This document shows positions 28,667 through 38,542 of a DNA stretch of 64,000 nucleotides, piece after piece. The notes beneath the pieces are model-generated. The model made no database searches and was not told where the DNA came from. It saw only the letters and a program-made list of their open reading frames with translations. How positions within the stretch are numbered: the stretch's first letter is position 1; the number at the start of each line of letters is the position of its first letter. Source of the stretch: Firmicutes bacterium UBA3570. GTDB taxonomy: Bacteria; Bacillota; Sulfobacillia; UBA3561. The stretch spans positions 42,434 through 106,433 of the forward strand of contig DFNJ01000022.1 of the NCBI GenBank assembly GCA_002376005.1. The letters are read 5' to 3'. A program made the position numbers and the translations under genes.

Positions 28667-30370
28667 TCATGGTTGCGAATCGCACTGCCCCAGCCGGCCC
28701 TCCCACCGCGCTACGCCCGCCCGGTCGCCGCGCGCCGTCACCCGGACCGGTGCGCCCGCCGTGCCCTTGATGGCCCACTGGAGTCGTTTCTCCCGCGCCG
28801 GCAGCCCTCCGCCGTACGGCCCCCGGGTGGCCTTGTACCTCCCGTCCAGGTGCTCCAGGTCCTCGCTCTGCCGCCCGTAAACCAGCTGGGCCCCCTCCGG
28901 CAGCTCCAGCTCCACCCGCAGCGGCCGCAGGAACCCAGTGGTCTTGGCCTGCTCGGAGCCGGACGTGGGCAGGTACCCCCGATTGCGGAGGGTGATGGAA
29001 AGCTTGTACACGTCCTCACCCAGCCGTTCCCAGCGAGGGTTGACCAGCACCAGTTCGGGGAGGGCACGACAATGGGCCAGCGTGAACATGGCGTTCTTGC
29101 GGCACTCGGCCTCCAGGTAGGAAGTGGGCGGATTGATGAGGAAAAACTTGCTGTCCCAGCCGCCGATCTCCACCTCACCCAGCTGGGGATGCTTGAAGGG
29201 GCGCCAGGGCACGAATCCCCTTCCCGCCAGCTCTCTGTCGTTCCAGGCCAGGAGTTTCAGCTGTTCTTCCTCGCTCCACTGCCGTCGGCGCGTGAAATCC
29301 GGTGGGATGCCCGCCCGCTGCGCGGCGTCCCACAGCTCGGTGGAAAAGGTAATGATGCCCAGATGCTCGTACAGCCAGTCCATGAACACCCCCAGCAATG
29401 GTTTCCTTTTGTCAACCAGGAACCGTTCATACACCGAGATGCAGGGGTAACCCACCAGCTTTTCGCCTCGCCGTCCCAGGGCCTGGTAGATGGCAAGGTC
29501 CCCCGGGGGCATCTCGGCATCGCCTTTGGTGCAGTAGGGGCGCAGGATGGCCCCGGCGGTGGTATGGTAGGACATGGCCCCCGCCACGTTGCGGTGGGTG
29601 CTCAGGAACTCGGCGATGCTGCGCGTCTCCGGTTCGGAAAGTGGGTACGGACCGGCACCCGGCTGTCTGGATTCCACATCCCAGTGAGCGGGGTAGTTCC
29701 GGTTGATGTCCAGGCCCCAAGGAGACCGCGCCAGCCGGATCTCGCCGCCGTCCCAGTCATGAAGCATCCCTTCTGGCAGCAGGCGGTAGTACTGCCCACC
29801 CTCCTCGTCCGGCTCCCGGGGAATCATCAGGCGCGGATCGCGGCTAGATACTTTCCATTCTCCGTCTGGATCGGGCACCCGCATCTGCAGGATCCGGCCG
29901 TCCCCATCGATGTCCTCCCGCACCAGGCCCTTCGGTTCCTCCTTCCAGGGATAGGGCCGGGTGCTGGACCTGAGCAGGTGCGGCGTGGTGAGAAATAGCT
30001 CCGCACCGTCCGCGGACACCCGTGGCAGGATGTAGAAGGTCCTCCTCCTGAGCAGGTCCACGATCTCGTGGTTCCCCTGCTCGTGCTGGGTGATGAGATA
30101 GTCAATGGTCCAGAGACATACCGCGGAACCCGTTACCTCCCCTGCGTGATGATTGCCGTCGATGTACAAAGCTGGTTTGTCCTCCGGGGAGCCCGTCTGC
30201 ATGTCGGTGACACACATCAACCACAGGTCCCTTCCCTCGAAGGTCTTCCCTATCGATTCGAGGCGGCACAACCCGGGAAACTGCTCGGCCCACTTCTTGA
30301 GAAGATGGGTCATTTCATCGTAAAGGTAGTACCTGTCGGGCTGATAGCCCGTGACAGTGGTCGTGGCCAT
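28667..30370 (-). CDS. M14-family zinc carboxypeptidase (567 aa)
   Basis: HxxE zinc motif in YIDGNHHAGEV, downstream NRN and catalytic-region conservation typical of M14. Confidence 0.78.
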   Translation of the reverse strand: MATTTVTGYQPDRYYLYDEMTHLLKKWAEQFPGLCRLESIGKTFEGRDLWLMCVTDMQTGSPEDKPALYIDGNHHAGEVTGSAVCLWTIDYLITQHEQGNHEIVDLLRRRTFYILPRVSADGAELFLTTPHLLRSSTRPYPWKEEPKGLVREDIDGDGRILQMRVPDPDGEWKVSSRDPRLMIPREPDEEGGQYYRLLPEGMLHDWDGGEIRLARSPWGLDINRNYPAHWDVESRQPGAGPYPLSEPETRSIAEFLSTHRNVAGAMSYHTTAGAILRPYCTKGDAEMPPGDLAIYQALGRRGEKLVGYPCISVYERFLVDKRKPLLGVFMDWLYEHLGIITFSTELWDAAQRAGIPPDFTRRRQWSEEEQLKLLAWNDRELAGRGFVPWRPFKHPQLGEVEIGGWDSKFFLINPPTSYLEAECRKNAMFTLAHCRALPELVLVNPRWERLGEDVYKLSITLRNRGYLPTSGSEQAKTTGFLRPLRVELELPEGAQLVYGRQSEDLEHLDGRYKATRGPYGGGLPAREKRLQWAIKGTAGAPVRVTARGDRAGVARWEGRLGQCDSQP

Positions 30371-30385
30371 CCGTCGCCTCTCCTT

Positions 30386-31159
30386 TCAGGACAAGATCAC
30401 CGCGAAGTCCCCGAAATCCCCCCCTGTCCCGGTGGCTTCCAACTGCTGGGCCGCCCTCTCAACCCTCTCCAGGATGTGCGAGGAGAGGGGAGCGGTACCT
30501 CGACCGGGGAGCAGCAGGGTCGTCTCACCGCGCACCGATGCCAACCGTCGCCAGCTGGACGCCAGCGCCCTCATCCCTCCCGCCTCTTCCCCGCACCTGA
30601 CGCATCCCAGGTGAAAAGTATCGCCGGTGAAAAGCCATCCCTCCCGGGCTTCCCAGAGGGAGAGGGAACCAGCCGTGTGCCCCGGGGTCTCCCATACTGC
30701 CAGACGCCTGTCCCCAAGGTCCAGCACCTGTCCCTCGGCGATCTCGTGGATGTCCAGAGCCGGCAGCTGGCGCCACCAGCGGTCGGGGTCGAATCCCTGC
30801 GGTAGGGCCCTGGTCAGAGAATCCCCGCCCAGCAGCCGGCGAGGATCCTCCGGCATCACTTCCGCCAGGCGTTCTCGCTCCCGCCGATCTACGTACAGCC
30901 TCAGCCCGGGCCAAAGACCCCCCAGGCGATCCCAGTGGACGTGCGTGGCCACCGCCACCACCGGCAGGCGCACCAGCGATCGCACCACTTCTGCCAGAGG
31001 GCCGATCCCCGTACCGGCATCCACCAGCAGTGCCCTCGAACTGCCGGCCACCAGATAGGACACCGGGCATCCCCGGTAGCCCGGCTCGGCCAGCATCCAC
31101 AGGCCACTGGCCAGCCTTACCACCTGGTACCAGCCTTCCAGCGGGTTCCCCTCCCTCAA
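30386..31159 (-). CDS. MBL-fold metallo-hydrolase
   Basis: HxHxDH motif THVHWDRLGG plus downstream TPGHTAGS and D/H ligands. Confidence 0.75.
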   Translation of the reverse strand: MREGNPLEGWYQVVRLASGLWMLAEPGYRGCPVSYLVAGSSRALLVDAGTGIGPLAEVVRSLVRLPVVAVATHVHWDRLGGLWPGLRLYVDRRERERLAEVMPEDPRRLLGGDSLTRALPQGFDPDRWWRQLPALDIHEIAEGQVLDLGDRRLAVWETPGHTAGSLSLWEAREGWLFTGDTFHLGCVRCGEEAGGMRALASSWRRLASVRGETTLLLPGRGTAPLSSHILERVERAAQQLEATGTGGDFGDFAVILS

Positions 31160-31962
31160 TCCGACGGGATCTTCTTCCAGAGCTCCACCAGCTTGATGAG
31201 CTTTTCCACGCCTTTGGCCATTTCCTCTTTCAGCTTCTCGGGATCGGCTTCATTGGGATCGGCGAACCCCCACACGCCGGAGCTGGTGAGTAGGTGACTG
31301 TCGGGAATGTAAGCGCTCAACAGCTGGGCGGCGAGGACGGCCTCCTCTCCCCGGGCTTTCCGCAGCTCCTCCAGAGGAGCCCTCAGCCGGGTGGTGGACT
31401 GGAATCCCTTCACCCGCTCCATTTCCACCAGCTCGGGGAAGAAGGCGAGGGCGAAGCTGGTCTCCCGGGGACCAGAGTGCACATCCATGCGTTCCAGGAA
31501 TGCTTCTGCCTGCTTCTGGGGATCCTGGAGGCCGCGAGTATCGGGAACGATGACCACCGATCCAAACCGCCTGCGGGCCAGACGGGCCACATAGGCCACG
31601 ATCTGGGCATTGCCCCCGTGGGCATTGATCAACAGGATCTTCTTGATCCCGTGGTGCGCCAGGCTCTCTATGGTATCGAGCAGCACTGCCACCAGTGTCT
31701 CCGCCTTCAGGGTGATGGTGCCCTTGAACCCCATGTGATGCGGGCTGAAGCCCGGCCAGCACGGCTGCACCACCAGGCACCCCGTGGCTTCCGCCACCTG
31801 TCGCGCCACGGCCAGAGCACCGTAGCTGTCGGTCCCCAAAGGGAGATGGGGGCCGTGTTGTTCGATGGATCCCAGGGCGATTATCACCACGGGATCCGGG
31901 TTCTCCCTCAGGTACTCTTCGAACGCCGGCCTGGTGAGATCGTGCAGCATTACCTTTTTCAC
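31156..31962 (-). CDS. Creatininase-family amidohydrolase (paralog B)
   Basis: LGSIEQHGPHLPLGTD...SPHHMGFKGTITL...INAHGGN; ~35% identical by eye to paralog A. Confidence 0.75.
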   Translation of the reverse strand: MKKVMLHDLTRPAFEEYLRENPDPVVIIALGSIEQHGPHLPLGTDSYGALAVARQVAEATGCLVVQPCWPGFSPHHMGFKGTITLKAETLVAVLLDTIESLAHHGIKKILLINAHGGNAQIVAYVARLARRRFGSVVIVPDTRGLQDPQKQAEAFLERMDVHSGPRETSFALAFFPELVEMERVKGFQSTTRLRAPLEELRKARGEEAVLAAQLLSAYIPDSHLLTSSGVWGFADPNEADPEKLKEEMAKGVEKLIKLVELWKKIPSD

Positions 31963-33341
31963 GCTTTCGCTCCCCCTTCCTCTGAAAATGGCATCCTGCC
32001 CGTGTACTTCAACACCTCCAGGAAACCCAGCTGCTCCATGAGGTCGCGAACTTCATCCCGCGTCCGCCGCCTTCCGGGCCACTCCGGCCAGCAGGCCATG
32101 CGCAGGACCAGCCGGGCCACCAGCATGGAATCCAGGCGCAACCAGCGGGGGGACACCTTGTCCAGGGTGTCGGCGGCCGTGTGTCCCCAGTTGCGGCCAG
32201 TCCGCACTTCTTCCATCACCGCCAGGTAGCCACTGGGAACTCCCGCCAGAGAGAAGGGATACATGTCCGAATGCAACCCAAAGTTGGAGTCCACCAGCAG
32301 CGGCTCCTTCATGTCGGCGGCCACGCGCCTGAAGTATGGGATGAGCTCGATGCACCCCTGCAGGGCCAGACCCTTGTCCCCCTCTCGTCCCGCCCCGTCC
32401 AGGTTCAGCATGAACTTCAGCTGGTCCAGTTCGTCGGCATGCTGGGCCACGTAAGCATGGGACCCAAACAGACCCAGCTCCTCAGCACCGAAACACACGA
32501 ACCGGACCGTGCGTCCCAATACTTCCCTATGACGGCTGAGCAGGCGCGCCGCCTCCATGACCACCGCAGTACCAGAGGCGTCGTCCTGGGCCCCCACCGC
32601 GATATCGTGGCCGTCCACGTGTGCCCCGACCAGGATCACCTCGCCCGGACGGTCCCGGCCCTCCAGCTCTCCCACCACGTTCCAGGAAGTACGTTGCTCG
32701 ATGACGTTGTCGGTGCGAATGCGCACCCTGACCGGGCCCTGTCGCAGCAGCCGCCGGATGCGGAGGCCGTCCTCCCGGGTCACCGCCACCCCGGGGATTT
32801 CCGCTCCTGGACGCAATGCTCCCGTCTCCACCAAGTGGCCAGCCTGGTCGCGCATCCAGATGAACCCCACAGCGCCGGCAGCCACTGCCCTCCCGTACTT
32901 CTCCATACGGTGTATGCCGCGACGGAAGTAGGCGGGAGACTTGGCATCCACCAGCACTATCCTGCCGGCAATCTCTGCCGCCATGCTGTCAAACAGCGCC
33001 GGGGTCCCGTACCCCACATCCACCACTTCCGCCTCCACATCGAACGTCCCGGTGTGCGGGAGGCTGATTGCTGGCAGCTGGTGCTCCTCGGGAGCTACGA
33101 TGTCAAGCTGGCAGCTCCCCCGGGTCCAGCCTGGATACTCAAAAGGTTCCAGACGTACGTTGCTAAGCCCCCACCGGTTCATTTGCGCCACCAACAGCTC
33201 TGCCGCCTCACGCTCCCCAGGGGTCCCGGGAAACCGGCTCCCGCACGCGCAGAGTCGTTCCACCAGCTCGTAAGCGGCGTCCGACGTCCAGGCATCGGCG
33301 ATGATCTGTCGATCCACCTCTCTGAGCGATGCCATTGGCAT
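31959..33341 (-). CDS. M28-family aminopeptidase with PA domain
   Basis: 460 aa; M28 zinc ligands (HVDGHD...GAQDDASG, FVCFGAEELGLFGS, NLDGAG), PA-domain insert. Confidence 0.78.
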   Translation of the reverse strand: MPMASLREVDRQIIADAWTSDAAYELVERLCACGSRFPGTPGEREAAELLVAQMNRWGLSNVRLEPFEYPGWTRGSCQLDIVAPEEHQLPAISLPHTGTFDVEAEVVDVGYGTPALFDSMAAEIAGRIVLVDAKSPAYFRRGIHRMEKYGRAVAAGAVGFIWMRDQAGHLVETGALRPGAEIPGVAVTREDGLRIRRLLRQGPVRVRIRTDNVIEQRTSWNVVGELEGRDRPGEVILVGAHVDGHDIAVGAQDDASGTAVVMEAARLLSRHREVLGRTVRFVCFGAEELGLFGSHAYVAQHADELDQLKFMLNLDGAGREGDKGLALQGCIELIPYFRRVAADMKEPLLVDSNFGLHSDMYPFSLAGVPSGYLAVMEEVRTGRNWGHTAADTLDKVSPRWLRLDSMLVARLVLRMACWPEWPGRRRTRDEVRDLMEQLGFLEVLKYTGRMPFSEEGGAKA

Positions 33342-33352
33342 TCCCCCTTCCT

Positions 33353-33868
33353 TCAGAATTCCACGCCCGGCTGGGCCGCGACACCTTCCCGGTAATGATG
33401 GCGACGCTCAACCACTTCGCTCACCAGATCGGCCCGTTCCAGCAATTCCGCCGGCGCATACCTCCCGGTCAGCACCACATGCACCTCGGGGGGACGCAGG
33501 GTGAGCAGCTCCAGCACTTCGGACAACGCCACCACCCCGTAATCCACGGCCACGTTGATCTCGTCCAGGATCAGCATGTCGCAGGCGCCCTCGCGGAGCG
33601 CCTCCTCCGCCAGCATGAGCCCTCGGCGCGCATGCTGGATGTCCTCCTCATCGGGCTCGCCTCGCTTGACGAAGGAATCGCGACCGCATTGCACAATCCG
33701 GAAGTCCACCAATCCACACTTCCGCAGCGCCAGAATTTCCCCATAGACATTGCCGGGGCCCTTCATGAACTGGATCATGAGCACCTTCATGCCGTGACCG
33801 GCCGCCCGCAATCCCTGCCCGACGGCGGCAGTGGTCTTCCCTTTGCCGTCTCCCGTGAACACCATCAC
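33353..33868 (-). CDS. cobO: Cob(I)yrinic acid a,c-diamide adenosyltransferase (CobA/CobO/BtuR family)
   Basis: 171 aa; P-loop FTGDGKGKTTAA and the conserved LILDEINVAVDYG...VVLTGR core. Confidence 0.78.
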   Translation of the reverse strand: MMVFTGDGKGKTTAAVGQGLRAAGHGMKVLMIQFMKGPGNVYGEILALRKCGLVDFRIVQCGRDSFVKRGEPDEEDIQHARRGLMLAEEALREGACDMLILDEINVAVDYGVVALSEVLELLTLRPPEVHVVLTGRYAPAELLERADLVSEVVERRHHYREGVAAQPGVEF

Positions 33869-33938
33869 CAGTCCGCGCCTGGTCAGTTCGCTTCACCTCC
33901 CACCCTCACCAAAGAGGACCGCCCCTGGCCCCCTTCCT

Positions 33939-35543
33939 TCAGGGTCGCCCCTGCCGGCTGTCCAGCACCTCCCCAGGTCGCGCGCCAGTAGGCTGCCCGT
34001 CGAAGACCACGGCAGTACCGTTGACGAAGACATGGATGATGCCGGTGGGGAACTGATGAGGTTCGGTATAGGTGGCGAGATCAGCCACCCGCGCGGGGTC
34101 GAACACCACCACGTCCGCGCAATCTCCCCGGCGCAGTCTGCCCCGTCCCCGCAAGCCCAATCGACGGGCGGTGCCCCAGGTCATCTTGTGGATGGCCTCC
34201 TCCCAGCTGAGCAGACCCTCCTCTCTCACGTACCGCGCAAGGACGCGGGGGAAAGTACCGTAGGCGCGCGGGTGGGGCTTGCTGCCCTCCGCCTGGTCGG
34301 GGTCAACTGCTGACGCGTCCGAGCCGATCACCGACAGGGGATGAGCTATCACGCGGCGGACGTCTTCCTCATCCATCATGAACAGCACCACCCCCACCGC
34401 GCCCCTTTCTTCCAGCAGCAGATCGAAGATGGCGTCGCGGGGATCAACTCCCTTGCGGGCCGCCCACTCGGCCACCGTCATACCCACTGCTTGGCGGTTG
34501 GCGGGGGATCTGGTACGGGTTATGAGGACATTGTCGTACCCCGCCATCCCTCCTAGATTCTCCCAGCCCGGGATCCCCTCGGCCATCTGCCGCTTCAAGA
34601 TGACCCGCTGCTCGGGGTCCGCCAGCCTGCGCAGCATCTGCTCCATCCCTCCGGAATGGGCCCAGCTGGGCACCAGGGCACCCAGGGAGGTGCTGCCCGC
34701 GGTGTAGGGATAAACGTCGCAGAAGATTTCCCCGCCCTCCTCGCAGGCCTCTTCCATCCTTCGCAGGGTCTGTCGGGTCTTACCCCAATGGGGCTTGCCC
34801 GCCGCCTTGTGATGAGAAATGCAAACCCTGACGCCTGCCGAGCGGCCTACGGTTATGGCTTCTTCCAGCGCCTCCAGCAGGCCGTCGCCCTCGCTGCGCA
34901 GGTGGGTGACGTACACCCCCCCGTAATCCGCCAGCACCCTGGCCAGGGCCTCCAGCTCCGGGGTGCGGCTGTAGCAGCCCGGGGGGTATATGAGACCGGT
35001 GGACATCCCGAAGGCCCCCTGCTGCATGCCCTCTGCCAGCAGCTGCTGCATGCGAGCAAGTTCGGTATCGTTGGGGGACCGATCCTCCGGGCCCAGCACC
35101 GCCAGACGCAGGTTGCCGTGCCCGACGAGACAGGCCAGGTTGGCCGCCACCCCCTGTCGCTTGACCGCGCGCCGGAATCCTTCCAAGTCTTCCCAATCCA
35201 GATCCACCTTCCATTCCTTCACGCGCCGTTCCGCCTGCGCTCGCGCCGCTCCCACCAGCGGTGCTGCCGAGATGCCGCACTGCCCAATCACCTCGGTGGT
35301 GACGCCCTGGCGGACCTTGCTGGGCAAGTCCGGGCACACCAGCGCCGCCAGGTCGGAGTGCGAGTGGGCATCGATGAAGCCGGGAGCTACCGCCAGGCCA
35401 TCCGCCTCCACCCGCAAGCGCGCCGGCCCGTCCTCATCCCCTACGTGAGCGATGTACCGGTCGGCGATGGCCACGTTGGCCCGTCGGCCCGGGCGCAGGG
35501 TGCCGTCGTACACCATGCCTCCTGCGATCAGTACGTCCCACAT
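33939..35543 (-). CDS. N-acyl-D-amino-acid deacylase (D-aminoacylase) family amidohydrolase
   Basis: ~534 aa; GFIDAHSHSD metal-binding start of TIM-barrel amidohydrolase, D-aminoacylase-like insert and C-terminus; start trimmed to MWDVLIAGG. Confidence 0.8.
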   Translation of the reverse strand: MWDVLIAGGMVYDGTLRPGRRANVAIADRYIAHVGDEDGPARLRVEADGLAVAPGFIDAHSHSDLAALVCPDLPSKVRQGVTTEVIGQCGISAAPLVGAARAQAERRVKEWKVDLDWEDLEGFRRAVKRQGVAANLACLVGHGNLRLAVLGPEDRSPNDTELARMQQLLAEGMQQGAFGMSTGLIYPPGCYSRTPELEALARVLADYGGVYVTHLRSEGDGLLEALEEAITVGRSAGVRVCISHHKAAGKPHWGKTRQTLRRMEEACEEGGEIFCDVYPYTAGSTSLGALVPSWAHSGGMEQMLRRLADPEQRVILKRQMAEGIPGWENLGGMAGYDNVLITRTRSPANRQAVGMTVAEWAARKGVDPRDAIFDLLLEERGAVGVVLFMMDEEDVRRVIAHPLSVIGSDASAVDPDQAEGSKPHPRAYGTFPRVLARYVREEGLLSWEEAIHKMTWGTARRLGLRGRGRLRRGDCADVVVFDPARVADLATYTEPHQFPTGIIHVFVNGTAVVFDGQPTGARPGEVLDSRQGRP

Positions 35544-35568
35544 GTCAGTTCCCCTTTCCATGCCAACC

Positions 35569-36552
35569 TTATAGCTGGGGCGCTCCGTCTTCTTCCAGCA
35601 ACCCCAGTCTCCGTCCCAGGAATGAGGCCAGCGGGCCCATCACCGCCAGGGCCAGGGCCAGCATCACCAGCTGGGTCAGCAGGTGGTGGACCCAGGGATT
35701 CAGCCTGGTGGCTCCCAGCAGCTGGGGAAACAAATAACGGTTGTTCATGTTATGCGACACATGCACCAGCGTCACCGGCAGCAAGTATGGGAGGCGGCGA
35801 TAGATGACGCCGAAGCTCACTCCCGCCACCGCTGCGAAGAGCACGTAGCCGGCCATCAGGCTCCAGCGTGGAGGGAACAGGTGATAGTTGATGTGATACA
35901 GCCCAAACAGCAGGGCCTGGGCTACCATCCCCCAGCTGCCCCCGTATCCCTCGCTCAATACCCGTAACGCGTACCCCCGGAAACATACCTCCTCCGCGAA
36001 GTTAGAATATCCGTACGCCAGCAGTTGCTTGGGGAAGGCCTCCAGGGGAGAGGATGTGACCAGCTTCACTCCGTACACGCTACCGAAGCAGGCCGTGGGC
36101 ACCAGCTGGGCGACAAACCGGCATGCGGCGTAGCACAACACCAGCACCAGCCCCGCGCAGAGCTGCGCCTTCAGGTGCCGACCACGAAGTCCGAACTCGG
36201 CAGGGGCTGTCCTTTCCAGCACCAGCAGGGCGCACAAAGCCGCCGCTGCCATGGGGACCTTCTCCGCATTCAACCCCAGCCAGTAGTTCCCCGCCAGACG
36301 CACCGCCATGGAAAGGCCAAACACCAGCAACACCCGGGCCGCGGCGGGCATGGCCAGCCAGCGGGCATCTGCCGGCAGGTCCTGCCGCGACAGGTGCTTC
36401 AGGTAGCAGCCAGCTGCCACGACCGTCGCCGCATTGGCCACCGCCATGAAGCCACTACCCGTCCCCTGCAGGGCCAGCAGCATCCACAACAGGGACACCG
36501 CCGCCGTCGTGGAGAATGTCACCAGCAGGAGCCCCAACGAATTCTCCCCCAA
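35569..36552 (-). CDS. CPBP-family intramembrane glutamic metalloprotease (CAAX protease / Abi family)
   Basis: Multi-TM protein with CPBP motifs EEVCFRGY, FGLYH, HVSHN. Confidence 0.75.
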   Translation of the reverse strand: MGENSLGLLLVTFSTTAAVSLLWMLLALQGTGSGFMAVANAATVVAAGCYLKHLSRQDLPADARWLAMPAAARVLLVFGLSMAVRLAGNYWLGLNAEKVPMAAAALCALLVLERTAPAEFGLRGRHLKAQLCAGLVLVLCYAACRFVAQLVPTACFGSVYGVKLVTSSPLEAFPKQLLAYGYSNFAEEVCFRGYALRVLSEGYGGSWGMVAQALLFGLYHINYHLFPPRWSLMAGYVLFAAVAGVSFGVIYRRLPYLLPVTLVHVSHNMNNRYLFPQLLGATRLNPWVHHLLTQLVMLALALAVMGPLASFLGRRLGLLEEDGAPQL

Positions 36553-36616
36553 AAAGCTATGAGGCCCGAACTGCCGACTCCTTCTGCAGCCCGGCCCTCT
36601 TTCCCTTCAGTCCAGC

Positions 36617-37492
36617 TCAATCCCGCAGCCTGGGATCCAGGGCATCCCGCAGGCCATCCCCCAGCATGTTGAAGCTGAGCACGGTGACCAGTATGGCCAG
36701 GCCGGGGAACACCGACAGCCACCAGGCTTCCCGGATGTAAGCCTGGCCCTCGTACAGCATGTTACCCCAGCTGGGGGTGGGTGGCTGTACTCCCAGCCCC
36801 AGGTAGCTGAGGGTGGATTCCACCAGGATGGCGGCGGCCACGCCCAGGGTGGCCGCTACGATGATGGGGCCCATGGCATTGGGCAGGATGTGCCGGAATA
36901 TGATGCGGTTGTCCCCGGCGCCCAGGGCGCGCGCGGCCTCGGTGAAGTCCTGCTCCCGCAAACTCAGGAACTGTCCCCTGACCAACCGCGCTACTCCTGG
37001 CCAGGAGGTCAGCCCGATCACCAGCATGATGTTGTATATGCTGGGGCTGATCAGGGAAACCACGGTGATGATCAGGAACAGGACCGGGATGGATATCACC
37101 ATGTCCACCATTCGCATCAGCACGTTATCGATCAGGCCGCCGTAATACCCGGCGATGGCACCCACCATAGTCCCGATGGTGATGGATATCCCCACCGACA
37201 CGAATCCCACGCTGAGGGAGATCCGGGATCCGTATATCATCCTGGACAGTACGTCGCGTCCATATATATCCGTGCCCAGCGGGTGCTGGCGACTGGGGGG
37301 CTCCATTCGATTTCTCAGGTTGATGACGGTGGGATCGTACGGGGCCAGCTGAGGCGCGAATATGGCTACCGCGTAGAGGACCAACATCAGCACCGCACCG
37401 GCCATTGCCAAACGATTTCGGCGGAAGCGGGCAAAGGCGATGGCCCAGAACGACTGACTGCGCTGTTCCCTTCCCGGTTTCAGTTGCCGCAT
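36617..37492 (-). CDS. Peptide/nickel ABC transporter permease (DppC/OppC-like)
   Basis: 291 aa, 6 TM, EAA-type loop (AARALGAGDNRIIFRHILPN). Confidence 0.85.
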   Translation of the reverse strand: MRQLKPGREQRSQSFWAIAFARFRRNRLAMAGAVLMLVLYAVAIFAPQLAPYDPTVINLRNRMEPPSRQHPLGTDIYGRDVLSRMIYGSRISLSVGFVSVGISITIGTMVGAIAGYYGGLIDNVLMRMVDMVISIPVLFLIITVVSLISPSIYNIMLVIGLTSWPGVARLVRGQFLSLREQDFTEAARALGAGDNRIIFRHILPNAMGPIIVAATLGVAAAILVESTLSYLGLGVQPPTPSWGNMLYEGQAYIREAWWLSVFPGLAILVTVLSFNMLGDGLRDALDPRLRD

Positions 37493-37509
37493 CCTCTCAG
37501 TACCTCCAC

Positions 37510-38460
37510 TCAGTCGTACCTTATCCGTGGGTCAACGAATCCGTAGGCCAGGTCGGCGAGCAAGTTCCCCAGCACCACCATACTGGCGGCGATGACCAGT
37601 ACGCCCATGGTCACCGGGTAGTCGCGGGTGAAGGCCGCCTGCACCGCCAACCTCCCCATGCCTGGCCAGGCGAAGACGTTCTCCACCACCACCGCGCCCC
37701 CGAAGAGGCCGGGCAAGGAGAGCCCCAGGATGGTGATCACGGGAATCAAGGCGTTGCGCAGCGCGTGCTTGTATATGACCACCCGTTCGTGCAACCCCTT
37801 GGCGCGGGCGGTACGGATGTAATCCTGGCGGACCACTTCCAGCATGCTGGAGCGGGTGTACCTGGTCAGTCCCGCCAGCTGTCGGAGGCCAAGGGCAAGC
37901 ATGGGCAGGATCAGATGCCGGAGCTGGTCAACCAGGGAAAAGGGCGCACCATACGTGCGCATGCCATGTGATGGCAGCCACCGCAACCAGACGCAAAACA
38001 CCAGAATGAGCATGAGGGCGAACCAGAAGCTGGGCATGGACACCCAGATGAAAGCGAAAACGGTGGACAGATAATCGAGAATGGAATACTGCTTGGTAGC
38101 ACAGATGATCCCCAGTGGGACGGCGATGATCAGCGCGAACAACAGCGCGCATCCGGTCAGCTTCAGGGTGTTCGGCAGCCTGTTGGCGATCTTCCGGAAT
38201 ACCTCCTCGCCGTCCAGAAAAGACCGGCCCATGTCACCCCGCAGCATGCTGGTGAGCCACCGCCAATACTGGACGTACACCGGTTTGTCCAGGCCCAACG
38301 CGGTCCTGATCCGCGCCACGTCCTCCGCCGAGGCCTCGGGATTGATGAGTATCTGAGCCGGGTCCCCAGGCGCCGCCTGGATGATCAGGAAGGACAGCAG
38401 AGTTATGCCCAGGAGCAAGGGTATGGCCTGAAGAGTTCGGCGTATGGCATATTGTTGCAT
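37510..38460 (-). CDS. Peptide/nickel ABC transporter permease (DppB/OppB-like)
   Basis: 316 aa, 6 TM, conserved N-terminal ILRRLLQAIPxLLGITLLSFLI and EAA loop (RTARAKGLHERVVIYKHALRNA). Confidence 0.85.
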   Translation of the reverse strand: MQQYAIRRTLQAIPLLLGITLLSFLIIQAAPGDPAQILINPEASAEDVARIRTALGLDKPVYVQYWRWLTSMLRGDMGRSFLDGEEVFRKIANRLPNTLKLTGCALLFALIIAVPLGIICATKQYSILDYLSTVFAFIWVSMPSFWFALMLILVFCVWLRWLPSHGMRTYGAPFSLVDQLRHLILPMLALGLRQLAGLTRYTRSSMLEVVRQDYIRTARAKGLHERVVIYKHALRNALIPVITILGLSLPGLFGGAVVVENVFAWPGMGRLAVQAAFTRDYPVTMGVLVIAASMVVLGNLLADLAYGFVDPRIRYD

Positions 38461-38542
38461 CCTCCTTCACCTCCACACAATCAGGGGAAGGCCGGTACCC
38501 TGGCTAACCCGGGCACCGGCCTATCCCCGATGGTCACCTAGA

